64,000 bases of DNA from Chloroflexota bacterium (GCA_023389575.1 JAEWEG010000014.1:20564-84563); one strand, 5' to 3'; shown: positions 1-9,479, counted from the stretch's first letter. Numbers and translations: made by a program. Notes: generated from the sequence alone by a model not told the origin.

Positions 1-125
1 TACACCAGTTTCGTCACACCATATCTCTTGGTGAACCCCTCTCGGAAATGCGTCTTGTGCTCCCATACCCGTCGCTCCAGATCGCTGGTCACCCCGACAT
101 AGATCGTCCGCGTTTCACTGGCCAT
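1..125 (-). CDS. GIY-YIG nuclease family protein (N-terminal part; runs off the window edge)
   Basis: Own translation of the minus strand from ATG at 125-123 gives MASETRTIYVGVTSDLERRVWEHKTHFREGFTKRYGVTKLV. This fits the small YhbQ/UPF0213-type GIY-YIG N-terminus (IYVG..., R..EH). It is too short to appear in the ORF track. Confidence 0.7.
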   Translation of the reverse strand, partial: MASETRTIYVGVTSDLERRVWEHKTHFREGFTKRYGVTKLV

Positions 126-300
126 GATGTACACAAATCCAGCCATGCCCATTCCCCCGCATATACCCAGGAACTCACCAGCTCAATCGCATTGGCCGAA
201 AATCCACATTTCAGTGCGTTCACTGGGAAAGCACCGTCTCCCCAACGGCCGACCAACCGCGCACAGCGCTCCTGTCCCAGACGAAAGGCTCGCCCACCAT

Positions 301-430
301 GCTCCGAGCACGACAACATCAATAGGCATTCAACATTAATTCCGATGCCTACATTAATTGTCACGCCAGAACACCCCGCCGCTCCGGGCCAAATCAGAGA
401 GAGGAGAGGGATTAATGGATAAATGGATTA
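301..430 (-). repeat. AT-rich intergenic element, copy A (inverted twin of 26025-26153)
   Basis: The reverse complement aligns colinearly with 26025-26153. Shared blocks are AATCCATT[T/A]ATCCATTAAT, GG[C/G]CCGGA, AT[T/A]AATGT, GAATTAATGTTG and GATGTTGTCGTGCT(T)CGGAGC. Confidence 0.8.
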
Positions 431-513
431 ATGTCGCGAAAAACACAAACCGTTCGGAAAGCGCGTCCTCGCGCCTCCCGAACCCAGGACTTTCCCAACA
501 TCCTGTCGTGTGC

Positions 514-2040
514 CTATGCGTCCGCCACCCTCGGCCTGTACTGCAACGCCTCCGCCACATGCGCCGCCTCGATCCCCTCCGACTCCGCCAGGTCGGCGAT
601 CGTCCGCGAAAGCTTCAGCACCCGGTGATACGCCCGCGCCGAGAGAGCCAGTTGCCGCACCGCCGTCCGCATCAACTGCTCTCCCTGACCATCCAGCCGC
701 GCGTGAGCCTGAATCTCGCGCGGCCCCATGTCGGCGTTGGTCCGAACATCACCGGTGCCGAACCGCGCCGCCTGCACCGCGCGCGCCGCTTCCACCCTCG
801 CTCGCACACTGGCGGAGGTCTCGCCCGGCTTCCGATCGGCGAGCTGCTCGTAGGCGATGCGCGGCACCTCCAGATGAATATCGATCCTGTCCAGCAGCGG
901 CCCACTGATCCGCTTCTGGTACCGGGTCACCGCCGAGGGCGCGCACTGGCACTGCCGAACCGGATCGCCGAAAAACCCGCACGGGCATGGATTCATCGCG
1001 GCCACCAGCGTCACGTTCGCCGGAAAGCTCACCGTGCCGGATGCTCGCGCGATCGACACCTGACGGTCCTCCAAAGGCTGCCGCAACACCTCAAGTGTCT
1101 GCGAGTTGAACTCAGGCAGCTCATCCAGGAACAGCACACCCCGGTGCGCCAGGCTGATCTCGCCCGGACGCGGCCACGTCCCTCCTCCCACCAGGCCAGC
1201 ATGGCTCGTCGTGTGGTGCGGCGAACGGAATGGCCTGTCCCGCACGAGCGGCGTCTCGGGTGGCAGCAACCCACGCACGCTGTAGATGCGCGTCACCTCC
1301 AGCGCCTCGTCGATGCTCATCGCTGGCAGGATGGAGGGCAGAGCCCGCGCCAGCAGCGTCTTCCCCGAACCCGGCGGGCCGCTCATGACCAGGTTGTGCG
1401 CGCCGGCGGCCGCCACTTCCAGGCCGCGCTTCACATGCTCCTGTCCACGTACCTCGGAGAAGTCGGTTCCGGTCGTATCGTGCGTTGCCTCGACGTTTCG
1501 ATACTCGTCCGTCATCGGTGTGATCGGCACCGCGCCAGTGAGATGGTTCACCAGGTCGGTCAGCGTCCGCACCGCGAACACCTCGATACCCTTGACCAGC
1601 GACGCCTCCCGGGCATCCACTTCCGGCACGAACGCCCGCTTGAGCCCCTTCTCGGCCGCCAGCGACACCATGCTGATAATTCCTGGCGTATGGCGCACGA
1701 TGCCGTCGAGCGAGAGTTCACCCACGATCAGGGCATCGCCAACCTCGGCCCACATCTGCTTCCCGGCCAGCAGGATCCCGATCGCGATCGGCAGGTCATA
1801 AGTGGGACCGGCCTTCTTCAGATCGGCCGGGGCCAGGTTCACCGTAATCCGGCCAAACGGCACCTTCCCGCCTGAATTCCGAATTGCCGCCCGTACCCGT
1901 TCCCGGCTCTCCTGCACGGCCGCGTCGGGCAGTCCCACGAGGATCACACCCGGCTGCCCTCCATTGCTTACGTCGACCTCAACCTCGATCAACACACCTT
2001 CGAGGCCCACCACCGCGCAACTCAAAACCTTCGCCAGCAC
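514..2040 (-). CDS. comM: YifB/ComM family Mg-chelatase-like AAA+ ATPase
   Basis: The 533-aa track ORF has a Lon-like N-domain and an AAA+ core (GPPGSGKT Walker A, LFLDELPEF Walker B). Start trimmed to GTG at 2040 (VLAKVLSCAVVGLEG is a typical family N-terminus). Confidence 0.9.
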   Translation of the reverse strand: MLAKVLSCAVVGLEGVLIEVEVDVSNGGQPGVILVGLPDAAVQESRERVRAAIRNSGGKVPFGRITVNLAPADLKKAGPTYDLPIAIGILLAGKQMWAEVGDALIVGELSLDGIVRHTPGIISMVSLAAEKGLKRAFVPEVDAREASLVKGIEVFAVRTLTDLVNHLTGAVPITPMTDEYRNVEATHDTTGTDFSEVRGQEHVKRGLEVAAAGAHNLVMSGPPGSGKTLLARALPSILPAMSIDEALEVTRIYSVRGLLPPETPLVRDRPFRSPHHTTSHAGLVGGGTWPRPGEISLAHRGVLFLDELPEFNSQTLEVLRQPLEDRQVSIARASGTVSFPANVTLVAAMNPCPCGFFGDPVRQCQCAPSAVTRYQKRISGPLLDRIDIHLEVPRIAYEQLADRKPGETSASVRARVEAARAVQAARFGTGDVRTNADMGPREIQAHARLDGQGEQLMRTAVRQLALSARAYHRVLKLSRTIADLAESEGIEAAHVAEALQYRPRVADA

Positions 2041-2310
2041 ACCTGTCCATCCTTGCCTGGGGCATGACGGAAAGGGCCTCGGGAAGGCGATCACGAACCT
2101 GGCACTACTGCCCATCGTCGCCCCCGGAAGCCCCGTCTGTCGCGTGAATTCACAACGAAATGCTGTCGATCACTGTACCATTGATCCAACGGTTTATATG
2201 CGGTTTACCGCACGTCTCGAAGGGATTTCAACAGCATGAACGTTCATCATCCTGGAGCGGATAAGCCCGTCACGCTCCCGGATACAGGAGGTGCCAGGTT
2301 CGCGACCACC

Positions 2311-2664
2311 ATGGGAAGAGCAATCCGGCGCAAGTGCCCGTATTGCGGTGGTGGCGACATCTTCAAGAACTATTTCACCCTCAAGGAGCGCTGCCCCCAT
2401 TGCGACACCCTGTTCGAGTACGAAGAGGGGTTCTTTCTCGGCAGCTACGTCTTCAATATTGGCTTCACCGAGATCATCGCGGTGGCCACCGTTGTCTGGC
2501 TCATCGTCGTGTCGGGCCTGAGCGTCCTGGAAATGCAGATCTACGGCGCCGCCCTGGTCATCGCGTTGCCAGTCCTCTTCTATCCATTCGCCCTGCTCAT
2601 GTGGATCGCATTCGACACCTCGGTCCACGATCCCGGGGATTTCTCCATGCGTCCCCGCCAGTAA
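2311..2664 (+). CDS. DUF983 family membrane protein with zinc-ribbon motif
   Basis: CPYCGGG...CPHCD is followed by two hydrophobic helices. Start set at ATG 2311 (MGRAIRRKCPYC). Confidence 0.7.
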   Translation: MGRAIRRKCPYCGGGDIFKNYFTLKERCPHCDTLFEYEEGFFLGSYVFNIGFTEIIAVATVVWLIVVSGLSVLEMQIYGAALVIALPVLFYPFALLMWIAFDTSVHDPGDFSMRPRQ

Positions 2665-2808
2665 TCATGACAATCTCGCCCTCACGGCGGGATTGGATTG
2701 TGGAGAGTTCCACTGGCATGGTACAAGAGACGCCTAGACGGCAACGCGCCCACTTCCCGGGCGGTTCGCCACCTTGCCCCCACGCACGCGAGCGAGACCA
2801 GCAGCTTC

Positions 2809-3702
2809 ATGACTTCAGCACGTTCACTTATCAACGACGACAGCCAGCTCAAGCTGGCCATCCAGCGGTCTGGCCGCCTCACCGACCACACGCTCGACCT
2901 GCTTCGTCACGCTGGCCTCGATTTCGAGAGCTACGGGCAACGTCTCTTCTCCCATGCCCGCAACTTCCCGCTGTCCATCCTCTATACTCGCGACGACGAC
3001 ATCCCCGACTATGTCGACCTGAACACCGTTGATCTCGGCATCGTCGGCCGCAACCTGGTTTACGAAAAGGACGCCGACGTCGTCGAACTCATCGGGCTGC
3101 GCTACGGATACTGCGAGCTGGTGGTCGCCGTGCCAGGCGACTCGAACATCACCGAGCCGTCCCAGCTGCTCAACGCCAAGATCGCCACGTCCTACCCGGC
3201 GTCGGCCCGGCGCTACTTCGAGTCGCTTGGAGGCTCCCCGGACATCATCACCATCAGCGGTTCGGTGGAAGTCGCGCCGGCGCTCGGCCTCGCCGATGCC
3301 ATCGTCGAACTCACCGCCACCGGCTCGTCGCTTCGCCTCAACGACCTCCGCTCCATCCACACCATCCTCGAGTCGGAAGCCGTCCTTATCGCCAATCGCA
3401 AGGCGCTCGACAATCCCGCCAAACGCGAGGACATCGAACGACTCCTCATGCGGATCAACGCGGTCGACGCCGCCCGCCGCTTCAAGTACGTCATGATGAA
3501 CGCCCCCGCCGACCGGCTGGAGGAGATCAAGTCGGTCCTCCCGGGACTCAAGTCGCCCACGGTCATCCCACTCGACGTGCCTGGCTGGGTAGCCGTCCAT
3601 GCCGCCATCGAGGAAGATGTCTTCTGGGACAAGATCGAACGGCTGCGCCGCGCTGGCGCCTCCGAGATCCTCGTGTCCGCGCTGGACAAGCTCCTGCTCT
3701 AG
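2809..3702 (+). CDS. hisG: ATP phosphoribosyltransferase, long form
   Basis: LKLAIQRSGRL...DIPDYV...GIVG core plus a C-terminal regulatory domain. ATG at 2809. First gene of the his cluster. Confidence 0.9.
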   Translation: MTSARSLINDDSQLKLAIQRSGRLTDHTLDLLRHAGLDFESYGQRLFSHARNFPLSILYTRDDDIPDYVDLNTVDLGIVGRNLVYEKDADVVELIGLRYGYCELVVAVPGDSNITEPSQLLNAKIATSYPASARRYFESLGGSPDIITISGSVEVAPALGLADAIVELTATGSSLRLNDLRSIHTILESEAVLIANRKALDNPAKREDIERLLMRINAVDAARRFKYVMMNAPADRLEEIKSVLPGLKSPTVIPLDVPGWVAVHAAIEEDVFWDKIERLRRAGASEILVSALDKLLL

Positions 3703-3788
3703 CCTCACGCCCACCTGTTCAGGGCCGGAAGGTTCCGCATCGCCGGATCGACCGCTTCACCCGGCCCTGATGGTCTCCTACCGTCGGA

Positions 3789-4889
3789 ATGGACCGCACC
3801 ATGACCTTCACTCCCGAACGCGTCGTTCGTCCACACATCGTTCCCGCCGCGTCCTACACGCCCGCCAAATCGATCGAGACCCAGGGCGACGCCGTCCGGC
3901 TCGACTTCAACGAGAACCCGTTCGCGCTCTCGCCACGTGGCCGCCAGGCATACGAGTCGTTCATGGATGGCAACCGGTATCCGCCGTTCGCCCAGGACGA
4001 CCTGGTCGCGGCGCTGGCCACCTACGCCGGTGTCGATGCTTCCCGCGTCATCGCGGGCGCGGGGCTGGACGACGTCTTCGCCACCCTCGCCATCGCCACC
4101 ATCGACGTCGGCGACGAGGTCATCATCTCGGACCCAACCTTCGGCGTGTACCGGAGCCTCTTCGAGGTCCATGGCGCCACCGTCGTCGATGTCCCGCTCG
4201 GTCCCGCACCGGGTTTCGCACTGGATGTCGATGGCATCATCGCCGCCGCCAACGAGCGCACGAAGCTGATCATCATCTGCAATCCGAACAATCCCACCGG
4301 CACCCTGTTCAGCAAGGACGATATCCGGCGGATCATTGAGAACGTCGATACCCTTGTCGCCATCGACGAAGCCTATGCGGAGTTCAGCGGCCGCTATCAT
4401 ATCGATCTCGCCAACGAGCATCCCAACGTGGTCGTGCTGCGAACGCTCAGCAAGTTCGCCGCGCTCGCCGGCTTCCGCGTCGGCTACGGCGTCTTCCCCG
4501 AGGCGCTCATGCCCTGGATCCGCCGCGCCGCGCCCGCCTTCTACAACGTCAGTGGCATCGCCGCCGCCGTCGCCATCGCCTCGCTCGAGGACGTGGACCA
4601 GCTCATGGATCAGGTGGCCCTCCTCAACAGGGAACGCGACCAGCTCCAGCGCGACCTGAACGCTCTGCCTGGCGTCGAAGCCTTCGACTCATCCGCAAAC
4701 TTCATTCTCTTCCGCTTCCCAGCCGATCGCGAGGCCGCGATCACCGCCGGGCTCGCGGCCCGCAACGTCTTCATTCGCCGATATCAGGGACCACTCGCCG
4801 AGTTCATCCGCGTCAGCATCGGCTCGCCGGAAGACAATGCGATCTTCCTTGAAGCCATGCGCGAAGCGCTCGTACCGGCGACGGTCTAG
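3789..4889 (+). CDS. hisC: Histidinol-phosphate aminotransferase
   Basis: 366-aa class-II aminotransferase (NPNNPTG, SKFAALAGFRVGY PLP-lysine region) in his operon context. Confidence 0.9.
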   Translation: MDRTMTFTPERVVRPHIVPAASYTPAKSIETQGDAVRLDFNENPFALSPRGRQAYESFMDGNRYPPFAQDDLVAALATYAGVDASRVIAGAGLDDVFATLAIATIDVGDEVIISDPTFGVYRSLFEVHGATVVDVPLGPAPGFALDVDGIIAAANERTKLIIICNPNNPTGTLFSKDDIRRIIENVDTLVAIDEAYAEFSGRYHIDLANEHPNVVVLRTLSKFAALAGFRVGYGVFPEALMPWIRRAAPAFYNVSGIAAAVAIASLEDVDQLMDQVALLNRERDQLQRDLNALPGVEAFDSSANFILFRFPADREAAITAGLAARNVFIRRYQGPLAEFIRVSIGSPEDNAIFLEAMREALVPATV

Positions 4890-4912
4890 TAGGTCAGCAT
4901 TCGGAGGTCATC

Positions 4913-5521
4913 ATGTCAGAAGCGATTCCGGTTCGTCAGTCCAGCCTCTCGCGGGAAACAGGGGAAACATCGATCACCCTCTCCCTGAACCTCGACGGCT
5001 CGGGCATCGTTCATGCTGACACCGGCGTCGCCTTCCTCGACCATATGCTCCACGCCTGGGGCAAGCATGCCCGCCTCGACCTCGAAGTCACCGCCACCGG
5101 CGACGCCGCCATGGACCCGCATCACACGGTCGAGGATGTAGGCATCGTCGTTGGCCTCGCCATCCGCGAAGCACTGGGCGATAGGGCGGGCATCGAACGC
5201 TATGGCTTCGCCTACGCCCCGCTCGACGAATCGCTGGCGCGGGTCGTCATCGACTGCTCCGGTCGCCCCTACCTCGACTTCCACGCCACGATGCCAGAGC
5301 CGGTCATCGGCCGCGACTTCGCCTCGAGCCTGGTCGAGGAATTCTGGCGCGCGGTGGCGGTCAATGGCGGGCTCACCATGCACATCGATCTCCTGCGCTC
5401 CCGCAACGCTCACCACGCGGCCGAGGCCATCTTCAAGGCCGCGGCGGTCGCCACCCGCACCGCCTTCGCCCGCAACGCGCCGTCCACCTTCCTGCCCTCC
5501 ACCAAGGGAGTCCTCGCATGA
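4913..5521 (+). CDS. hisB: Imidazoleglycerol-phosphate dehydratase
   Basis: RETGETSI...GVAFLDHML...HHTVEDVGI...NAHHAAEAIFKA motifs. Confidence 0.95.
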   Translation: MSEAIPVRQSSLSRETGETSITLSLNLDGSGIVHADTGVAFLDHMLHAWGKHARLDLEVTATGDAAMDPHHTVEDVGIVVGLAIREALGDRAGIERYGFAYAPLDESLARVVIDCSGRPYLDFHATMPEPVIGRDFASSLVEEFWRAVAVNGGLTMHIDLLRSRNAHHAAEAIFKAAAVATRTAFARNAPSTFLPSTKGVLA

Positions 5522-6114
5522 TCGCCATCGTTGACTATGGCGCCGGAAACCTGCGCTCCATCCAGCGCGCTCTCACCAACGCCGGAGCCGAGTCCGTCAT
5601 CACCGCCGATATCAATGAAGTAGGTTCGGCGGACCGCATCGTGCTGCCCGGCGTGGGCAACGCCGCCGCCGCCATGAACCGGCTACGAGAAAGCGGAATG
5701 GCGGACACCCTCGTCGAACGCGCCCAGGAAGGCACTCCCCTCCTGGGCGTTTGCCTCGGCATGCAGCTGCTCTTCGGCGACCAGGAAGAAGGGCCGACCA
5801 CCGGCCTGTCGCTCCTGGACGGCGACGTGCGCGCGCTGCCCGCCGATCACAAGGTTCCGCAGATGGGCTGGAACCGGGCCGACTTCCAGCCGGGCAACCC
5901 CATGAGCCACCTGGACTCCGCCCACTACTATTTCGTCCACTCCTACATCGTCCATCCAGCCAGTGCGGATGTCATCGCCGCCGAAACCGCCTATGGTGTG
6001 CTATTCCCCAGCGTCGTCGCCCGTGACAATGTCTGGGGCTTCCAGTTCCATCCCGAAAAGAGCGGCGATGACGGCCTGAAACTGGTCGAAACCTGGGTCA
6101 ACTGGAATCCATAG
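5518..6114 (+). CDS. hisH: Imidazole glycerol phosphate synthase, glutaminase subunit
   Basis: MIAIVDYGAGNLRS...GVCLGMQLL...FHPEKS triad motifs. 4-nt overlap with hisB. Confidence 0.95.
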   Translation: MIAIVDYGAGNLRSIQRALTNAGAESVITADINEVGSADRIVLPGVGNAAAAMNRLRESGMADTLVERAQEGTPLLGVCLGMQLLFGDQEEGPTTGLSLLDGDVRALPADHKVPQMGWNRADFQPGNPMSHLDSAHYYFVHSYIVHPASADVIAAETAYGVLFPSVVARDNVWGFQFHPEKSGDDGLKLVETWVNWNP

Positions 6115-6148
6115 TCCCACTCGGGAATCAAGTCAGGGAACGAATCAC

Positions 6149-6880
6149 GTGATTGTCTATCCCGCCATCGACATTCGAGATGGCAAGGCGGTGCGCCTCG
6201 TAGAAGGCGACTTCGATCAGGAAACAGTGTTCGATGCCGATCCAGTCGAAGCCGCCCGCCGCTGGCAGGACGCCGGCGCCGAGTGGATCCACATCGTCGA
6301 CCTCGACGGCGCCCGCCATGGTGACCGCCCGAACCGGTCCACGATCGAATGCATTCGCGCGGCGGTCACGCCCCGCCTCCAGCTTGGCGGCGGCATGCGC
6401 TCGTTGGAAAACCTCGCCGCCGCTCGCGAGAGCGGAATCGACCGCATGGTGATCGGCTCGGCGGCCGTTAGCAATCCAGAGCTGGTCCCAGCGGCGGTCC
6501 AGGCCCATGGCGACGCGATCGCCATCGGCATCGACGCGCGCAACGGCATGGTCGCCACCCAGGGCTGGACCGACCAGACAACGGTCAGCGCGCTGGAACT
6601 TGCCCGCGTGGTGGCGAGTCACGGGGTCGAGCACATTATCTATACCGACATCTCCCGCGATGGGCGGCTCCAGGGACCAAACCTCCAGAGTCTGGGTGAG
6701 ATGATCGCCGCCACCTCCGCGTCGGTCATCGCCTCGGGAGGCATCAGCTCGCTCGACGACGTTCGCCAGGTCATGCGGGCGGGCTCGGCTGGCGTGATCA
6801 TCGGAGCCGCGCTGTACCATCGCCGGTTCGACCTCGCCGAAGCACTCCAACTCGCCAGCAACCAGGAGACCATTCCATGA
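6149..6880 (+). CDS. hisA: ProFAR isomerase
   Basis: [16 protein letters not shown]...GGGMRS...TDISRDG motifs. Confidence 0.95.
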   Translation: MIVYPAIDIRDGKAVRLVEGDFDQETVFDADPVEAARRWQDAGAEWIHIVDLDGARHGDRPNRSTIECIRAAVTPRLQLGGGMRSLENLAAARESGIDRMVIGSAAVSNPELVPAAVQAHGDAIAIGIDARNGMVATQGWTDQTTVSALELARVVASHGVEHIIYTDISRDGRLQGPNLQSLGEMIAATSASVIASGGISSLDDVRQVMRAGSAGVIIGAALYHRRFDLAEALQLASNQETIP

Positions 6881-7662
6881 ACGACCAGAACAACCTCACG
6901 CAGCGGGTCATCCCCTGTCTCGACGTCACCAACGGGCGGGTCGTCAAGGGCGTCGAGTTCGTCAATTTGCGAGACGCCGGCGACCCCGTCGAAATGGCGG
7001 CGATTTACAACCGTGAAGGCGCGGACGAACTCGTCTTCCTCGACATCACCGCCTCTTCGGACAGCCGAAACACCATGATCGATGTCGTCCGCCGCACGGC
7101 CGACGAGGTCTTCATTCCGCTCACGGTTGGTGGTGGTATCCGGACCGTCGAGGACATTCGTAGCCTGCTCGCGGCCGGCGCCGACAAGATCTCGATCAAC
7201 ACCGCCGCGCTGTCCCGGCCTGAGTTGATCAGCGAAGGGGCAAGCATCTTCGGCACCCAGTGCATCACGGTCGCCATAGACGCGCGAAAGTCTGGTGAGA
7301 ACGCATGGGAAGTCTTCACCCACGGTGGACGCCGCTCCGCGGGCGTCGATGTCGTCGAATGGGCGGCCAGAGTCGCGGAACTTGGCGCGGGTGAGATACT
7401 GCTCACCAGCATGGATCGTGACGGCACACTGGCCGGGTACGATCTCGATCTCCTCACGGCCGTTTCGTCGGCTGTGAACATCCCGGTCATCGCCTCGGGC
7501 GGCGCCGGAACCCTGGGACACTTCGCCGAGGCACTCGAACCGGGACGCGCCGATGCCGTTCTCGCCGCCTCGCTCTTTCACTTCGGTACCATGAGAATCG
7601 CCGACGTGAAGGACTACCTGCACGCCCAAGGCATTCCCGATCGGAGAGTACTCCAGGCATGA
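6877..7662 (+). CDS. hisF: Imidazole glycerol phosphate synthase, cyclase subunit
   Basis: [17 protein letters not shown]...[11 protein letters not shown]...GGGIR motifs. Overlaps hisA by 4 nt. Confidence 0.95.
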   Translation: MNDQNNLTQRVIPCLDVTNGRVVKGVEFVNLRDAGDPVEMAAIYNREGADELVFLDITASSDSRNTMIDVVRRTADEVFIPLTVGGGIRTVEDIRSLLAAGADKISINTAALSRPELISEGASIFGTQCITVAIDARKSGENAWEVFTHGGRRSAGVDVVEWAARVAELGAGEILLTSMDRDGTLAGYDLDLLTAVSSAVNIPVIASGGAGTLGHFAEALEPGRADAVLAASLFHFGTMRIADVKDYLHAQGIPDRRVLQA

Positions 7663-8603
7663 ATACCATCGACCTCCCCATCAACTTTGGATCGGACGGG
7701 CTCGTACCGGCCGTCATCGTTGATTCGTCCTCGACCGATGTCCTCATGGTCGGCTTCATGAACGCAACCGCCCTGGAACGAACCAGGAGCACCGGCTACG
7801 TCCACTTCTGGAGCCGCAGCCGGGAAACGATCTGGAAAAAGGGCGAGACATCCGGGCATCTCCAGGAAGTCGTCAGCATCGCGGTCAACTGCGAACTCAA
7901 CTCGCTCCTGATCGAGGTCAACCAGACCGGCGCGGTCTGTCACGATGGCTATCCCACTTGTTACTACCGCCTGCTCGAACCAGACAATTCCCTCACTCGC
8001 ATCCGCGACCGCTGGTTCGACCCCGCCGATGTGTATGGCGACGATTCTGGCCTGGCCGGAACCACCAAGCGCTGGTGGGGAGCCTACGAGACGCTCCGCG
8101 CAACCAGTCTCGAAGGACGCTCCGGAACTTCCCGTCTCCTCCGCGACGGTCAGGACCGTGTCACCTCCCGCATCTCCGATGAACTCCTGGAACTCGCTGG
8201 CGCGCTGGATGGCACCCACCGCCACGTCGACCTGACATCGGACGTGGCGCTGGAAGGTGGCCAGGTCTGTTACTGGGTCGTCCTGCGATGTATCCGCGAA
8301 GGCATCACCTGGAACGATGTCCGGCCCGATCGCGCGCTCGATACACAGGCCAACCTCTCGGAGACCGCCTCGCGAACCGTCGCCCAGCTGTTGCGCCGGG
8401 AGGCGGACCTGTGGAAGGCGAGCCCGGGCGTGGATGTCGCGGCCATGGCGCACGGCACCTTCTCGTTGGTTGCCGGCGCCTGCTCGGCCGCGGGCGTCGA
8501 CCCTAGTTCCCTCATCGTCGCCGACCTTAACGAGCTCCGAACTCGCTCGTACCTGGAGGACTATTTCTCCAGCACCGCCACGGCGGGAGCCTCCAATGGA
8601 TGA
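7659..8603 (+). CDS. hisI: Phosphoribosyl-AMP cyclohydrolase fused to a divergent HisE-like pyrophosphohydrolase and an extra C-terminal tail
   Basis: aa 1-110 are HisI ([27 protein letters not shown]). aa ~135-222 resemble HisE ([20 protein letters not shown]...[17 protein letters not shown]). aa 223-314 are unassigned. ATGA overlap with hisF. Confidence 0.85.
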   Translation: MNTIDLPINFGSDGLVPAVIVDSSSTDVLMVGFMNATALERTRSTGYVHFWSRSRETIWKKGETSGHLQEVVSIAVNCELNSLLIEVNQTGAVCHDGYPTCYYRLLEPDNSLTRIRDRWFDPADVYGDDSGLAGTTKRWWGAYETLRATSLEGRSGTSRLLRDGQDRVTSRISDELLELAGALDGTHRHVDLTSDVALEGGQVCYWVVLRCIREGITWNDVRPDRALDTQANLSETASRTVAQLLRREADLWKASPGVDVAAMAHGTFSLVAGACSAAGVDPSSLIVADLNELRTRSYLEDYFSSTATAGASNG

Positions 8604-9459
8604 TCGGGGCATTACGCCAGCGGACCGCCTCTGGACCCCGTGGCGAATGGCCTACGTCGGCAACTCCTCGCCAGCCAGCGGCTGCGTCTTCTGCGAAGCT
8701 CCCCTGAGCGATGACGATGTCTCCAATCTCATCCTCCATCGCGGCCAGCACTGCTTCGTCATCATGAACCTCTACCCCTACAACACCGGCCACCTGATGG
8801 TGGTGCCCTATGAGCATTCCGATGACCTCGCCTCGCTCGCGCCAGACGCTCGTGCCGAAATGGCGGAACTCAGCGCATCGTTCAGCACCGGGCTCAAGCA
8901 GGTGATGGGCTGCGATGGCATGAACCTCGGGATGAACCTGGGCTCGGTCGCGGGCGCCGGCATCGCCGATCATCTCCACCAGCACATCGTGCCTCGCTGG
9001 AAGGGCGACGCCAACTTCATGCCGATCATCGGCGGAACCAAGGTCCTGCCGGAGCTGATACCCGCCACCTACGGCAAACTCCGCGCGGAGGTAGCCCGTC
9101 GCCAGGGCGATCAGTCCACGGCCACGGCCGTACTGGTGGTCCCTGACTGGACCGGTGTGTACCTCGTGAATGGCCGCCTGCCCGAAGTTTCGCTGACCAC
9201 CGACCAGCCCGTCTGGAAAGCTGTTTCCACGCATCTCCAACCGCTCGTGTCGACCCTGTCGCTGATCGGCTGGGCGGGCAGCGCCTCAACATCTGTCGAC
9301 CAAACGACCGGCCTGGCGTTCGCGTACCAGGTCACCCCCATTTCACCGGAGAACACGCTTCGACTCCACCCGCTAACCGCCATTGACGACGTGATGCCCA
9401 GTGAAGAAGCCTCGCTGGTCCGAGCCACCTGGGGTCGATTCGCGCCACCCGCCGGGTAA
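8596..9459 (+). CDS. HIT family protein (Ap4A phosphorylase-like N-domain) with ~125-aa C-terminal domain of unknown function
   Basis: WTPWRMAYV...CVFC...NLYPYNTGHLMVVP...HLHQHIVPRW (histidine triad). ATG at 8596 overlaps the hisI stop by 8 nt. The track ORF upstream of 8596 lies inside hisI. Confidence 0.8.
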   Translation: MDDRGITPADRLWTPWRMAYVGNSSPASGCVFCEAPLSDDDVSNLILHRGQHCFVIMNLYPYNTGHLMVVPYEHSDDLASLAPDARAEMAELSASFSTGLKQVMGCDGMNLGMNLGSVAGAGIADHLHQHIVPRWKGDANFMPIIGGTKVLPELIPATYGKLRAEVARRQGDQSTATAVLVVPDWTGVYLVNGRLPEVSLTTDQPVWKAVSTHLQPLVSTLSLIGWAGSASTSVDQTTGLAFAYQVTPISPENTLRLHPLTAIDDVMPSEEASLVRATWGRFAPPAG

Positions 9460-9479
9460 CACCTTCCACCGCCTATAAT
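9451..9479 (+). promoter_or_regulatory. Candidate promoter (-10 TATAAT at 9474-9479) upstream of the MFS gene
   Basis: A perfect TATAAT hexamer sits in the 91-nt spacer, but the -35 is poor (GCCGGG). Confidence 0.3.

Noticed and set aside
48-422. Similar peptide stretches (…HDNI.R..TLI…) in ORFs crossing both repeat copies (48-422 + and 26031-26342 -), suggesting a conserved small protein
   Set aside because: The similarity follows the DNA blocks only. The variable spacers are not synonymous, the two ORFs end in different frames, and both are otherwise Pro/Arg-rich noise.
411-430. DnaA-box-like TTATCCATT / TTAATCCAT motifs within the repeat (also at 26025-26043) as a replication origin
   Set aside because: These are only partial matches to TTATCCACA. 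No dnaA, dnaN or gyrB is nearby, and there is no AT-rich unwinding element or larger box cluster.
2665-2808. T-box or attenuator leader upstream of hisG
   Set aside because: The spacer is only 144 nt. It has no T-box consensus (…GGTGGTACCGCG…), no His-codon-rich leader peptide, and only weak 4-bp stems.
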